64,000 nt of DNA from a virus (Duplodnaviria > Heunggongvirae > Uroviricota > Caudoviricetes): the IMG/VR virus record IMGVR_UViG_3300012346_000380, positions 192,445-256,444 of that record; one strand, written 5' to 3'. The notes under the pieces were generated by a model. The model was not told where the DNA came from. It saw nothing but the letters and a program-made list of their open reading frames with translations, and did not search any database. Below, one piece after another: positions 17,495-27,672 of this stretch. Within the stretch, counting starts at the first letter, position 1; each line of letters starts with the position of its first letter. The translations under genes were made by a program, and so were the position numbers.

Positions 17495-17550
17495 AGGATG
17501 CTATGTTTTGCTTTTCCATATAAAGTTTTTAAATTTGCTGGAAGCATCCT
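17495..17550 (-). ncRNA. Stem-CAGCAA RNA, short copy
   Basis: AGGATGCT/AGCATCCT stem, CCAGCAA, CAAAACA tail as in other copies. Confidence 0.55.
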
Positions 17551-17561
17551 AATGTATGTGA

Positions 17562-17735
17562 TTAACGTCCTGTATCTGATCCGTAACCTGAAGTTCCAAG
17601 ATCTGGTCCAACGTAAGAACCTCCGCCGTAAGATGAACCACCACCATTTGGTTTGTTTCCACCTTTGTTGTTTTTACCTTTGAAGATAAAATAAGCAACT
17701 GCGGCTACTGCGATAATAATAATTGCTGTTATCAT
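17562..17735 (-). CDS. Small single-TM protein with Gly-rich tail (57 aa)
   Basis: Manual translation MITAIIIIAVAAVAYFIFKGKNNKGGNKPNGGGSSYGGG... Confidence 0.6.
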   Translation of the reverse strand: MITAIIIIAVAAVAYFIFKGKNNKGGNKPNGGGSSYGGGSYVGPDLGTSGYGSDTGR

Positions 17736-17780
17736 GATTTATAAATATTTTTATTAATGATATAACTTATATATCTGCAA

Positions 17781-18398
17781 TTATTTTTGTTTCAAACTTT
17801 TTTTAAGCCATTTGATTGGCATTATTTCTGGATAACTTTTTAATGGTCCTTCTTTTCTTTCAGGATGCCATTGCACACCTAAATAAATGTCTTCTTTGCC
17901 TATAAAAGCTTCTGTTAAACCATCTAACGAAACATAAATAACTTTTAATTCATCGCTTAGATATGAACAATATTGATGGTGTCTTGAATTAACCATGAAA
18001 ATATCACCAGTTTCCGTGCTTTTGATCCAATGATAATGTGATTTTTTCTCGTGGTGATCATCGTCATCTTTAAAATCATCAGCTTGGTGATCTTCAACTA
18101 TTAAATTATCTATGTCTTTGACTTCTCCACCTAAAAAATAATTTAAGAGCTGCATACCTCGACAAACACCTAAGATTGGCAATCTTTCTTTTATAGCTTG
18201 ACTTATTAATCCAATTTCAAATGCATCTCGATTTTTATTAGCACCAATATCTGGTCCTCCGCATAAAACTAAAGCTCCTTCGATAGAATCATCTTTATTT
18301 AAAATTTTAATTTCAAAATCTTCACCTAACCAATTTAAATAGTTTTGTATCTCTATTTTACTTTTTGGTGGTGCTAGGCTTATTTTGGGTTTTGACAT
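17781..18398 (-). CDS. Class I glutamine amidotransferase (peptidase C26/PuuD-like)
   Basis: LGVCRGMQLLN, VNSRHHQ, GVQWHPE. Confidence 0.85.
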   Translation of the reverse strand: MSKPKISLAPPKSKIEIQNYLNWLGEDFEIKILNKDDSIEGALVLCGGPDIGANKNRDAFEIGLISQAIKERLPILGVCRGMQLLNYFLGGEVKDIDNLIVEDHQADDFKDDDDHHEKKSHYHWIKSTETGDIFMVNSRHHQYCSYLSDELKVIYVSLDGLTEAFIGKEDIYLGVQWHPERKEGPLKSYPEIMPIKWLKKSLKQK

Positions 18399-18636
18399 CT
18401 TTGGTTTCTTTGATTACAACAGCTCTGATTCTATCAAATAATTTTTCTAAATCTTCAGCTGAATCTACTGACCATTTCTTTGTCTTTAAAATAAAGAAAC
18501 ATTCATTATCTCTATCTATTCCTAAACTTGAAACGGCTTCTATTTCTAGAAATTCATATTCATCTTCACTTGATAAACAATTAGCGTCTTGTGAGAACTT
18601 AAATGCAGCCTCTTCTAATATTAATCCTTGTTCCAT
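18358..18636 (-). CDS. Hypothetical protein
   Basis: ORF track. Confidence 0.6.
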   Translation of the reverse strand: MEQGLILEEAAFKFSQDANCLSSEDEYEFLEIEAVSSLGIDRDNECFFILKTKKWSVDSAEDLEKLFDRIRAVVIKETKDVKTQNKPSTTKK

Positions 18637-18638
18637 AA

Positions 18639-18839
18639 TTATTTTACATTTGGTTTTTCAATAACTCTTAAATATGACTCTTTGTCTTCTAAACAATCTT
18701 CACAATAAGGTGAATAATATTCGTCTGTGTCATGATCTACACCTCTGTGCTTTTTTCTGGCTACAGTGTACATTTCATTTGTTGCAAATTCATCTAAACA
18801 ATTTGAACAAACTTTGGTTGATGTGCTTCTCTTTTTCAT
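18639..18839 (-). CDS. Small zinc-finger protein
   Basis: CSNC...CEDC. Confidence 0.6.
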   Translation of the reverse strand: MKKRSTSTKVCSNCLDEFATNEMYTVARKKHRGVDHDTDEYYSPYCEDCLEDKESYLRVIEKPNVK

Positions 18840-18842
18840 AAT

Positions 18843-20135
18843 TTAAAAGTTTCTTTCAGTTTCGTAAATTGCTTTAATAGTTGGAAATCTTAAACTAATT
18901 CCACCGTTTTGATTGTGTGATTCTTCGAAGTATTGAATAGTTACTTGTTTGCCAAGAATTGCATCTGGGTTTTCTTTATATAATCTTCTTTGTTCAAGAC
19001 TAAATCCAGATCCAACGTCAACTCTGTAACCTTTATGCTCAATTACAATATTACGCATTACATCTTCTTCAACTTCTTTACCGTCTACAATAACTCTAAA
19101 TGGACCGTTCTGTACATCTATTACTACGTATTCAGCATCGTAAAACTGTTTTACTTTAAGTACATCGTTGCTTCTTTTGCCTTGATATGGTGCATCTTTG
19201 CGTAACATAAGTCCTTCCCAAGCATTTTCTTTGGCTAATCCAATATAATAGGTTAGCATTCTCTCGTCAATTAGTAATTTTTGCTCTAGATAACCAATGT
19301 TTTTAAATTCTCTTTCAAAGAAAAGATTGTCTAATTGCACGTTTCTGATTGAAAAACTTGTTGTACCTTCTTTGTTAACGAATTCTTCTAATGTTAAAAT
19401 ATCAAACATGTAAAAGAAAGGATTTTCAATCGTGTGATCTTTGCGTTTAATTTCTTTAATGATACCTTGAAAATTCTCATTACCATTTTCGTCTAACATA
19501 CAAATTTCGCCATCAATGACCATATTTTTAAGGCCTAATGAAATGATCTCAGCATCTAAATTTTTAAGAGTCATGAATTCATTACCAGCTCTTGAAAAAT
19601 ACTTAGGCTCGCCATTTTCATCAATGATACAGATACAACGACAGCCATCTAATTTACGACTCACATACCAATTATCTTCATTAAGGTTAACCTTCTTAGC
19701 CATTTTCTCATCAAAAGAATTAGCTAAAGCAACGTCAAATGTTGGAATCAGCCCAGGAATCACTTTGTTGATCATGGACGCAGTCGCTCTTGTCTTTAAG
19801 TTTCTGTCTATGATGTTGAAGATAAGCTCCTCGTGTCTCTTATTTGCAGCCACAAAGCCATTTACTGCGCTAATTGCATTATGGCCAGTTAGATGCCTAG
19901 AATTTAGATCATTTAATATATCAAACAAAGAAGAATAACCATAACTTGAAAGATGACTAAGCTTCTTACAGTTTTCTGAAGTTACACCATATTGTTTGAA
20001 TGTATTGTATGTGTATTCTAAAGCCTTTCTAACAGATTCATTATCTGCATATTTCTCAAGCACTTTTAATTTGTCTGTGTTTGAATTGGTAGAATTTTGA
20101 GCATCTATAAACTCTTGTATTTCGTCTAAGTACAT
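18843..20135 (-). CDS. lig: ATP-dependent DNA ligase
   Basis: KLDG motif I, IDGEI, FDIL, EGLMLRK, LKVK, VGSGF, SLRFP. Confidence 0.95.
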   Translation of the reverse strand: MYLDEIQEFIDAQNSTNSNTDKLKVLEKYADNESVRKALEYTYNTFKQYGVTSENCKKLSHLSSYGYSSLFDILNDLNSRHLTGHNAISAVNGFVAANKRHEELIFNIIDRNLKTRATASMINKVIPGLIPTFDVALANSFDEKMAKKVNLNEDNWYVSRKLDGCRCICIIDENGEPKYFSRAGNEFMTLKNLDAEIISLGLKNMVIDGEICMLDENGNENFQGIIKEIKRKDHTIENPFFYMFDILTLEEFVNKEGTTSFSIRNVQLDNLFFEREFKNIGYLEQKLLIDERMLTYYIGLAKENAWEGLMLRKDAPYQGKRSNDVLKVKQFYDAEYVVIDVQNGPFRVIVDGKEVEEDVMRNIVIEHKGYRVDVGSGFSLEQRRLYKENPDAILGKQVTIQYFEESHNQNGGISLRFPTIKAIYETERNF

Positions 20136-20146
20136 ATATTTTAAAA

Positions 20147-20374
20147 TTAGTCTATTACAATTACTTTTGATTCATGTCTTGGCATAAGAAGTGGTGAAGC
20201 TATAATTTGATTGACATTTTCATAAATAGCTTTAACTTCATCTTCTGTTGCATTTTTAACTTCAACCGTGATAGTTGAATATCCATCTTTAATCATTCTA
20301 AATTTTACATTTGGGAATAATGATCTAAGTTCTTGTGCTTTTTTAAGTCTTGATTTCTTTGTAAAGTAATACAT
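20147..20374 (-). CDS. Hypothetical early protein
   Basis: Directly after class 1 promoter. Confidence 0.55.
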   Translation of the reverse strand: MYYFTKKSRLKKAQELRSLFPNVKFRMIKDGYSTITVEVKNATEDEVKAIYENVNQIIASPLLMPRHESKVIVID

Positions 20375-20380
20375 GATTTG

Positions 20381-20465
20381 TTGTTTTTAATTATATGTAA
20401 ATATACACAAAAAAGCCCAAACTAAAAAATCTGGGCTTACTTATTTTTAAAAGTTACGAACAATT
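20381..20465 (-). promoter_or_regulatory. Class 1 promoter repeat with embedded GCCCA hairpin
   Basis: TATATTTAC core; AAGCCCA...TGGGCTT; upstream ATTGTTCGTAAC. Confidence 0.7.
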
Positions 20466-21155
20466 TTACAAGAATGTAACTTCATTTGTTTCTGGATTCC
20501 AGTCAAACGTAACTGGCTTATTCACATAGTCATATCTCTCATTTAAAATAGAAGCATTAAAGAAATGAGTTCCATTGTGAAACTTGTAGCCGTATCCGCC
20601 GTGGATATGACCAAATACGTGTATTTTCGGAGGTTGCTCATCTACTTTTTCTCTTAATAAGGCACAGCCTAAGTGTGGTTCATTATATGGAGGCCCACTC
20701 ATATCTAAATGATCTTGCGGTGGTCCATGTGTAATTAAAATATCTGTGTTTTTTGGAATTGCTTCCCATTTTGCCATCAAACCAGGTCCACCTTTAGGTA
20801 AATTAAAGGCCCAACTGTAAAATTCAGGTTGCCAAGGACTACCATAAAGCTTAATTGCTTTATTTGTTATTCTAACCCAATCATCTTGTAAATAATCAAT
20901 GTTCTTATAAGAATTAACTATTTCCATGGCTCTGTCTGGATTATTTTCAAACATTCTGTCATGATTACCTGCAATAAAGATTTTATAATCGTATTGTTCA
21001 AGTGAATCAAACCAATCACAAAAGTCTGTAATATCTTCTGCATTTCTACCAGAATTCATTAAATCGCCTGCGTGAATTAACAAATTACCACCTGGTAAAT
21101 CATTACTGATTTCTCGGTGCTTAGTGTGCGTATCTGATATTAATGTGATAATCAT
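20466..21155 (-). CDS. Calcineurin-like metallophosphoesterase
   Basis: SDTH, HAGD, AGNHD, THGPP, FGHIH. Confidence 0.9.
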   Translation of the reverse strand: MIITLISDTHTKHREISNDLPGGNLLIHAGDLMNSGRNAEDITDFCDWFDSLEQYDYKIFIAGNHDRMFENNPDRAMEIVNSYKNIDYLQDDWVRITNKAIKLYGSPWQPEFYSWAFNLPKGGPGLMAKWEAIPKNTDILITHGPPQDHLDMSGPPYNEPHLGCALLREKVDEQPPKIHVFGHIHGGYGYKFHNGTHFFNASILNERYDYVNKPVTFDWNPETNEVTFL

Positions 21156-21511
21156 TAGTCGTGAATAGTTTTGAATGTTACAAATTCCATGGCCTTATGA
21201 GCTTCATGTAATCTTTTTAAAGCTGATTTTTCAGAAACTGCTCTACCAGATGGAGTTTTGATGTGCGTAATACCTCTTTGATTTAAATCATCAGTATTAC
21301 CCCAAAGTAAATAATATTCTGGCTTTAAAGTTCCAGCTCTCCATGTTTTGTATACGTAGCCTTCGAATCTATCACCCCATTTACCTTCGTCAGGTTTCAT
21401 AAAGCATTTAACTAAAGCTACTCTTTTACCTGTACCTTTATAATCTTCAGCTCTTTCAATTTCGAGTAATACTTTTACTTGGCCTAATGCGTCGTGCATA
21501 ATTGTTTTCAT
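21155..21511 (-). CDS. Hypothetical protein
   Basis: ORF track. Confidence 0.6.
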   Translation of the reverse strand: MKTIMHDALGQVKVLLEIERAEDYKGTGKRVALVKCFMKPDEGKWGDRFEGYVYKTWRAGTLKPEYYLLWGNTDDLNQRGITHIKTPSGRAVSEKSALKRLHEAHKAMEFVTFKTIHD

Positions 21512-21512
21512 A

Positions 21513-21854
21513 CTATCTTATATTTAAAGTTTTGCGATAGTTTACAGTAGCTCTGCAAATAATATCTAATCTTTTATTTGGATCCATTTCTAAGATTCTT
21601 TCAGTACATTCAACAAATTTACCAGGCATCCATGTTAATTCTCGTTGAACCTTTTTAGTTTTGTTTAACTGATAGATTGTAAAAATGGTTTTACGAGTTC
21701 TCCAGTGTTTTGTTGTGTATTTACGGCGAACATATCCGCTCTCATAACTCATGTAATCTGTGTTTGTCAATGGATCATGAAAACATTGAGTTCCATTGTT
21801 TGCTTGAGTTTGAGAAGTAACTTCAATTAATCTAAGTGCTTGTGTCTTTGTCAT
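21513..21854 (-). CDS. Hypothetical early protein
   Basis: After class 1 promoter at about 21860-21920. Confidence 0.6.
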   Translation of the reverse strand: MTKTQALRLIEVTSQTQANNGTQCFHDPLTNTDYMSYESGYVRRKYTTKHWRTRKTIFTIYQLNKTKKVQRELTWMPGKFVECTERILEMDPNKRLDIICRATVNYRKTLNIR

Positions 21855-21921
21855 AACTTGTTTGTTTTAATTACTCTGTAAATATACACAAAACATTTGA
21901 CATAAAAAAATATTTAAGCTT

Positions 21922-22398
21922 TTATTTTACGTCTTTTAATTCTGTTCTTAGTCTTCCAATTGCAGATTCCAATGTATTATAAACTGGAACGTTATATCTG
22001 CTACAAACAATGTCCACATTACCTTTACGCCAAAATCCATCTGGGCAACATACGATCATTTTACCAGATTCGGCATATAAACCAAGCTCTAATAGACTAA
22101 TTGGACTCTTGGTTTCTGGCGAAAAGTACATGAAAATAAGATTACACTCATCTAATTTATTCATTTCCCAATTTACTTGTTCACTGAATTGCGGATTAGA
22201 TTCTTTTTGTTCCCAGGAACTATCCCAATCATCTCTTCGGGGATTGAAAAAGGTTAAATCATTACGATCTTTAAATAGTTCAGGAATTACTGCCTGCCAA
22301 TCTTCGGCTTTACCCATTTCAATAGAACCTGCTAAAAATACTTTAACACTTTTATCGGAATATACTCTGTTTTTTGGTTCTGGTTTAATTACTTCCAT
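21922..22398 (-). CDS. Nucleoside 2-deoxyribosyltransferase-like protein
   Basis: VFLAGSI, FNPRR, QVNWE, SPISLLELGL. Confidence 0.8.
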   Translation of the reverse strand: MEVIKPEPKNRVYSDKSVKVFLAGSIEMGKAEDWQAVIPELFKDRNDLTFFNPRRDDWDSSWEQKESNPQFSEQVNWEMNKLDECNLIFMYFSPETKSPISLLELGLYAESGKMIVCCPDGFWRKGNVDIVCSRYNVPVYNTLESAIGRLRTELKDVK

Positions 22399-22723
22399 TT
22401 TGTGTAGCTTTAAGTTCTTCTATTTCTTTTTGCCAAGCTCTAATATCATACGCGTCCTTTGGATCTTGACATGGAGATTCTTTAATATATTTCTCCAGCT
22501 TTTCAATTCTAAGTTGTGTTTCTGACTTGGCTTTTTTCTCTCTTTCTAAATGCTCTATAATTGATTTTTCTAATTCATTAAATGCTTTTAAAAGCGTAGG
22601 ATTTGTCTGTGCATCATATCTAAATTTAGCGTCTTGAAAATTCTCAAGTGGCGTAGTTGGATATTGCCAATTCCAACGAAAGAAAGCTCCAGCTGCATCA
22701 AAAAATGCTTTAACTTTATTCAT
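22385..22723 (-). CDS. Hypothetical protein
   Basis: ORF track. Confidence 0.55.
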   Translation of the reverse strand: MNKVKAFFDAAGAFFRWNWQYPTTPLENFQDAKFRYDAQTNPTLLKAFNELEKSIIEHLEREKKAKSETQLRIEKLEKYIKESPCQDPKDAYDIRAWQKEIEELKATQNGSN

Positions 22724-24192
22724 TATGCCAATTTTAAACGTTCACGAATTTCAGTAAGAGTAGTTTGGTTTTCAAATTGACCATTCAAATAGATGGTTTT
22801 TAACATTCCTTTGTTCTCATCATACCAATTAACTTGGTCAAACAATGTAATCTCTCCATCTTCATTTTTTGCAACTCTTAATAAACCTTTTGCAGATTTT
22901 TTAACTCCATCGTCAGTGATTGGATCTTTGAAGATTTCTCTACCAACTCCATCAACTTCAACATAGGTTGCTTTCATTGCAAAACCAAATGTATCTCTTG
23001 TGTTGAATTGATATGTAAAACTTCCAACGCCTAATACAATGTTTGTACTTGCAAAACCTTTTGCTTCTAATCTTTTAAAGATTTGTTCAGCACGATCTAA
23101 TGTAATTGAATCTCCGTAGATTGCTCCAATATGAGAGTCTAAAACTTTGTAACCTTGTTCGTTGATAGTTCCACCAAATACATCCCAAAGTAATTCAATA
23201 ACACCTTTACCTTCTGGTGTTGTTGGATCAACATACTCGTCATTATGAATACCACTATATCCACAAATAATATGAACTGGATCACCAGAGTCAGGTCGGA
23301 TAACTACTTTACCATCTCTTGCTAAAATCTCTTCTTTAAGAGTAACAATATGTTCAGTACAAACTTTCCATAAATCCCAAGTATCTGATACGATTGAAAG
23401 AATTCCTGTTGGATATGTTTCCATCAAGTTTCTAAATGTTCCAACTTCATCTTCTTTAGATCCAGCACACATAACTGAGTGTTCAGTTGCGTTTACAGAA
23501 CCTGCTACAAATTCAGTTTCATTGTAGAATTTTCTTGCTCCAAAGATTGCTGGTAAACTGTCAGAACCAGAGAAACTTGTTAAGTGACCAAGACCTGAAC
23601 TAATAGTTGCATCGATAGAATCTAAACCTCTCATTGAGAAATCATGTGCTTGCCAATCTACAAACCAACCTTTTTCAGCATCAGTTTTTTCTTGCCATGA
23701 TGTAAATAATTTACGGTAAGCATGTGCAATAGTCGCTGAAGTCATTGGTTTCCATAACAAGTTAGAAATAACTGTTTCTAAGTAATTTGTAATCCAATAG
23801 AAACCTGGATGTGTATTGTAAATTGTCAAAACCGGAGTCTTCATTGGAACTAGGGTTCCTTCTTCGAGAGTTTTAACTATAATTGGCAAATAACCTAAAT
23901 CATGTAAAGCTTCAAAGTGACTAACGTCATAGTCAGTATTTAAGTACATTGACAATTCACGTTTCATTTCACCACAAACTTCATCTTTTGGCTTTGAAAA
24001 GAAATCTTTATCAAAAGCTTCGTGAATTTGTTTGATTACCATTTGTTGTCCAAATGATACTAATTGGTCGCAACCTTTAGGTGCATACTTATTACTACGT
24101 GGAGTAAAATTTGAATAGACTAAAGTTGTTCCTTTAGGATATTGTTGGTGATGTCCTGTTTTGTAACCGTCGGTAAGAAATAATGGATTCAT
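22723..24192 (-). CDS. nadV: Nicotinamide phosphoribosyltransferase-like (NadV/Namat)
   Basis: TDGYKxGH, HDFSMRG, ATEHSVM, VSDTWD, IRPDSGDP, IYGDSIT, TRDTFGFAMKAT. Confidence 0.92.
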   Translation of the reverse strand: MNPLFLTDGYKTGHHQQYPKGTTLVYSNFTPRSNKYAPKGCDQLVSFGQQMVIKQIHEAFDKDFFSKPKDEVCGEMKRELSMYLNTDYDVSHFEALHDLGYLPIIVKTLEEGTLVPMKTPVLTIYNTHPGFYWITNYLETVISNLLWKPMTSATIAHAYRKLFTSWQEKTDAEKGWFVDWQAHDFSMRGLDSIDATISSGLGHLTSFSGSDSLPAIFGARKFYNETEFVAGSVNATEHSVMCAGSKEDEVGTFRNLMETYPTGILSIVSDTWDLWKVCTEHIVTLKEEILARDGKVVIRPDSGDPVHIICGYSGIHNDEYVDPTTPEGKGVIELLWDVFGGTINEQGYKVLDSHIGAIYGDSITLDRAEQIFKRLEAKGFASTNIVLGVGSFTYQFNTRDTFGFAMKATYVEVDGVGREIFKDPITDDGVKKSAKGLLRVAKNEDGEITLFDQVNWYDENKGMLKTIYLNGQFENQTTLTEIRERLKLA

Positions 24193-24343
24193 ATTATTTG
24201 TTTTTAGATTTTCTTTTTTTCATTAATTTTTTTGCTTGATAGCTGTCGAATTTTTCATGACTGCTAACGTGTTGAAATGCAACGTAAATAAACGCAATGC
24301 ATACAATAACGACTGGTATTAAAAAGTATAATGCTTCCATAAA

Positions 24344-24586
24344 TTACTTATAAAATGTTTTTAAATAAATTGCTTGTTGTCTGATACCGAATTCTCTGGT
24401 AAGAACATTGGCTGGTACTTCATCTGCCATAAAATAATTTAAGCCTTTTATCATTTTGACAGCATCAAACTTTCTTTCTCGACCTTGAATCATTCCTTCA
24501 GGATCTGCTAATTTGTTAATTATAAAAGCTAAATGTTGTGGAGTTTCACATTTATTAACCTCTTGCCATGTTTCTAGTTCAGTCAT
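24344..24586 (-). CDS. Hypothetical early protein
   Basis: After class 1 promoter at about 24590-24680. Confidence 0.6.
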   Translation of the reverse strand: MTELETWQEVNKCETPQHLAFIINKLADPEGMIQGRERKFDAVKMIKGLNYFMADEVPANVLTREFGIRQQAIYLKTFYK

Positions 24587-24684
24587 AACTTCTTTGTTTT
24601 AATTAGATATGTAAATATACGTAAAATTATTTAAATATAAAAGCATTTAAGCAATTATTTTTATAAAGTTACGAACAATCATAC

Positions 24685-25137
24685 TTATACCAATTTAGCT
24701 AAGATTTCTTTAACGGTTCCAATATCTGCACGTCCTTGGTATTTTTTATTAAATTCACCGATAGATTTACCTTGTAAGGCTTGTGGATTTGTAATAGTAA
24801 CTGATAAATCTTGTAGGATTTCCTTTAAAGCCAATGTGATTTCATCAGATGTCATTTGAGCTGGCATGTATTTTTTCAAGACTTCCATTTCATCTCTTTC
24901 CTTGTCAACAAGTTCCTGTCTACATGCAGTTTCATACATTTTAATGGATTCCTCGCGTTGTTTGATTCCTTTATTAATGATTTTAATAATCTCATCATCA
25001 GTAGCAACCCAAGTTCCGTTGCTCTTAAAAGCATTTGTGATTGCTGCCTTAATACTACTTAATGCCGCTTTAGCTGTAATATCCTTTGCTTTGTATGCAA
25101 TGATATAATCTGCATCTATTTTTTCTTTAATTGTCAT
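24685..25137 (-). CDS. GatB/YqeY domain protein
   Basis: AYKAKD...IKQREESIKMY...E...YMPAQM. Confidence 0.85.
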   Translation of the reverse strand: MTIKEKIDADYIIAYKAKDITAKAALSSIKAAITNAFKSNGTWVATDDEIIKIINKGIKQREESIKMYETACRQELVDKERDEMEVLKKYMPAQMTSDEITLALKEILQDLSVTITNPQALQGKSIGEFNKKYQGRADIGTVKEILAKLV

Positions 25138-25143
25138 CTTTCT

Positions 25144-25353
25144 TTAGTTTTTTCTAATTCCTGTTACCATAACGTATTTAAACGTTTTATCTATGAAATT
25201 AAAAGTATGTTGAACAAATGTTACTTCATACGTTTTAAATTCGCCATCGAATTCCATTGTTATTGATTCATCAATTAATGGTTTTTCTACTTCACAAATA
25301 AAATCACTTTCACAAACACCTTTGTTCATTAGGATAAATCTACACTTTGTCAT
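25144..25353 (-). CDS. Hypothetical protein
   Basis: Likely start MTKCRF; the longer ORF overlaps the low-complexity tail of the next gene. Confidence 0.5.
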   Translation of the reverse strand: MTKCRFILMNKGVCESDFICEVEKPLIDESITMEFDGEFKTYEVTFVQHTFNFIDKTFKYVMVTGIRKN

Positions 25354-25369
25354 TGTCTTTTTATTTGGT

Positions 25370-25903
25370 TTAATAATCACTTGAAGAACTTGAATCGTAT
25401 GAGCTTCCTGAGTCATAAGAAGATCCTGAGTCATAAGAACTACTTGAGTCGTATGAATCTGAACTGCTAGATGAACTATCATCCCAACTTCCACCAGCAC
25501 CTCCACCAGAGAAATCTCCACCTCCAAAACCTCCATCAAAACCAGAATCTGAATTAGAATCTGTATTTGAATTAGAATCGCTGTCATTCAGCGCATCACC
25601 AACAATAGCGCCAAAGATATCGCCTCCAACTGCAGCACCAATTAAGGTTGAATCAGTTACAGCTGCAACTGCCATTGAAGTTAAAAAGTCAGATTCATCT
25701 TCTCTAGCTTTTTTACGGGAACGTTCATAGATTTCATCACGACGAATGCGTTCTGCTTCTACAATTTCTCTCATACGTTTTTCTTTATCAATAGGAGTAG
25801 GAGTAGTCTTAGAAGTTCCTCTAAGAGTGTAATATGATTCTTTCATTTGTACACCTTGAGGTTCTACTTCTTTAATTCCAAATAATCTTTTAATCCAGTT
25901 CAT
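25370..25903 (-). CDS. Protein with Gly/Ser/Asp low-complexity tail
   Basis: GFGGGDFSGGGAGGSW and SSYDS repeats. Confidence 0.65.
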   Translation of the reverse strand: MNWIKRLFGIKEVEPQGVQMKESYYTLRGTSKTTPTPIDKEKRMREIVEAERIRRDEIYERSRKKAREDESDFLTSMAVAAVTDSTLIGAAVGGDIFGAIVGDALNDSDSNSNTDSNSDSGFDGGFGGGDFSGGGAGGSWDDSSSSSSDSYDSSSSYDSGSSYDSGSSYDSSSSSDY

Positions 25904-25904
25904 T

Positions 25905-26963
25905 TTATTTGTTTTTAATAATTTCTTTAAAATATGGTTTTCCTTGTTTGTCGTAATATTTTACTTTACTCTCATCGTAAGGTTCAATTTCTGAAAGCTT
26001 TACCCAGCCGGCACCTTTTGTGTTGTGCGTTCCACCACTCCAATCTCCGTAAATTTCAACTTCACCTTCTCTAATCCCAATTACTGTAAATGAGGCAGCA
26101 TCAACTGGATAATAGACTAAGTCACCTAATTTAGGACTGTATGGAACTTTACTTTGCTCAACATCTACATTTCCTTTAGAATTACTTAGTAATCCAGCTA
26201 AAAAGAATGGATCTTGTGTAAAAATAGGAGTATAGATTTCTTGCCATTTGTTTCTGGTAAAAGTTCCATTTTCATTAGTAGTGGTTACTTCTACTTTACC
26301 AATCACAGCTCCTCTTTTCTTACGAAAATCGCAATCATTCCAATTGATTCCTTTTTGGAAAATCAATTCTTGCATTTGATCAGTCTTAACACCGTGAAGT
26401 TCTTTAGTACTATATAGACTTTGAGCAACTGAAGAGATACTGTTTCTTACAGCGTCTTGTTGTCTCCAAATAAAATAGTTTTTAACTTCATCAATGAATG
26501 GAATTTGAAAAGCTCTGGCGTCAAACATTGCAAGTTTAAAGTTTTGAATATCGTCAACATCTAACATACCTTCAATATCATTTCCTTCCCATGTTGCTCT
26601 CGCCATTCTCAATTGATTGAATTTAGCAGTTGCCATAGAAGCTGCAACACTTACCATTTTCTGTAGATTGTTGTCAAACCAAGCATGAGTTCCTAAGTCA
26701 TCGAAGTCTGTTAAGACTAAACTAATCTCGTCTGATTGAACATAGCCAAATTTAGCGCCTTGGATATTCTTACAAAGATATGCTGTCGTTTCATTCATAT
26801 CGTCAATAAGTCCTTGGTCAAATGGTCGTTGTAAGCCTTTTGTGTAAGTGTGAAATGCTTTTCCGTCAATGCGGATAATTGTGAATGTTCTTCGTGGAAG
26901 TTTGATTCTGGTTCTATCTTCATAGAACTCTTTCATGCGATCGCCTAATGCATCGTTTTTCAT
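25905..26963 (-). CDS. thg1: tRNA-His guanylyltransferase-like protein (Thg1/TLP) with extra C-terminal domain
   Basis: RIDGKAFH, YVQSDEIS, FDAR, WRQQDAVRNS. Confidence 0.92.
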   Translation of the reverse strand: MKNDALGDRMKEFYEDRTRIKLPRRTFTIIRIDGKAFHTYTKGLQRPFDQGLIDDMNETTAYLCKNIQGAKFGYVQSDEISLVLTDFDDLGTHAWFDNNLQKMVSVAASMATAKFNQLRMARATWEGNDIEGMLDVDDIQNFKLAMFDARAFQIPFIDEVKNYFIWRQQDAVRNSISSVAQSLYSTKELHGVKTDQMQELIFQKGINWNDCDFRKKRGAVIGKVEVTTTNENGTFTRNKWQEIYTPIFTQDPFFLAGLLSNSKGNVDVEQSKVPYSPKLGDLVYYPVDAASFTVIGIREGEVEIYGDWSGGTHNTKGAGWVKLSEIEPYDESKVKYYDKQGKPYFKEIIKNK

Positions 26964-27035
26964 AATATATGTTATTGTGCAACCTTCGTTAGTTGGATGC
27001 TAGTTAATGTTATTCTTTAAAGGGAATAACTGACC

Positions 27036-27254
27036 TTATTTTAAAAACCAGTCAAATGCTGATTTAATAATTGTGAGATTTACTTCTTGAAAGATAAACC
27101 ATTTAATCCAAGCTAATGGCCAAAAGATAAAATCCATAAAGGCCCAAAAACCACTTGAGTGAATTTGGTAACCAATCATCGCAGTTGGCAGTGAAAAGAT
27201 AATATTTGGAATTGAAATTGGTCTAAAAGAGTAAGTTACTTTTTTGTTTGACAT
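27036..27254 (-). CDS. Small membrane protein
   Basis: Hydrophobic; class 2 promoter upstream. Confidence 0.55.
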   Translation of the reverse strand: MSNKKVTYSFRPISIPNIIFSLPTAMIGYQIHSSGFWAFMDFIFWPLAWIKWFIFQEVNLTIIKSAFDWFLK

Positions 27255-27298
27255 CTTAAAATTGTTTTATATTATATGAATTAAAATAATAAAGTTTC

Positions 27299-27604
27299 TT
27301 AGATATTGAAATAATCTTTAACTCTCTCGATAAACGTTGGTTTACTTTTAAAAGTTGAAGCATATTCATACAAAAATAATCTTTTCTTAACGTCTGATAA
27401 TGAATCGAAATTTTGCCAATTTGAAATTATATCGGCCATTTCACAAATACCAACTGTTTTTGCAGATTCTACAAGTTGTTCATAAACCTCTAAGTCAGTT
27501 GCTGTTGTATATTCACCTAATGTTGTAATTTTAGGTGGATTAGCTTGTCTTTGACCTTGTTTGTTTAGCATATTAGCTGCTACGATTGCTGAGTATGGAA
27601 ACAT
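27299..27604 (-). CDS. Hypothetical early protein
   Basis: After class 1 promoter. Confidence 0.55.
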   Translation of the reverse strand: MFPYSAIVAANMLNKQGQRQANPPKITTLGEYTTATDLEVYEQLVESAKTVGICEMADIISNWQNFDSLSDVKKRLFLYEYASTFKSKPTFIERVKDYFNI

Positions 27605-27672
27605 AATTTCTTTGTTTTAATTAGATATGTAAATATACCAAAAACATTTGACATAAAAAAATATTTTAACAT

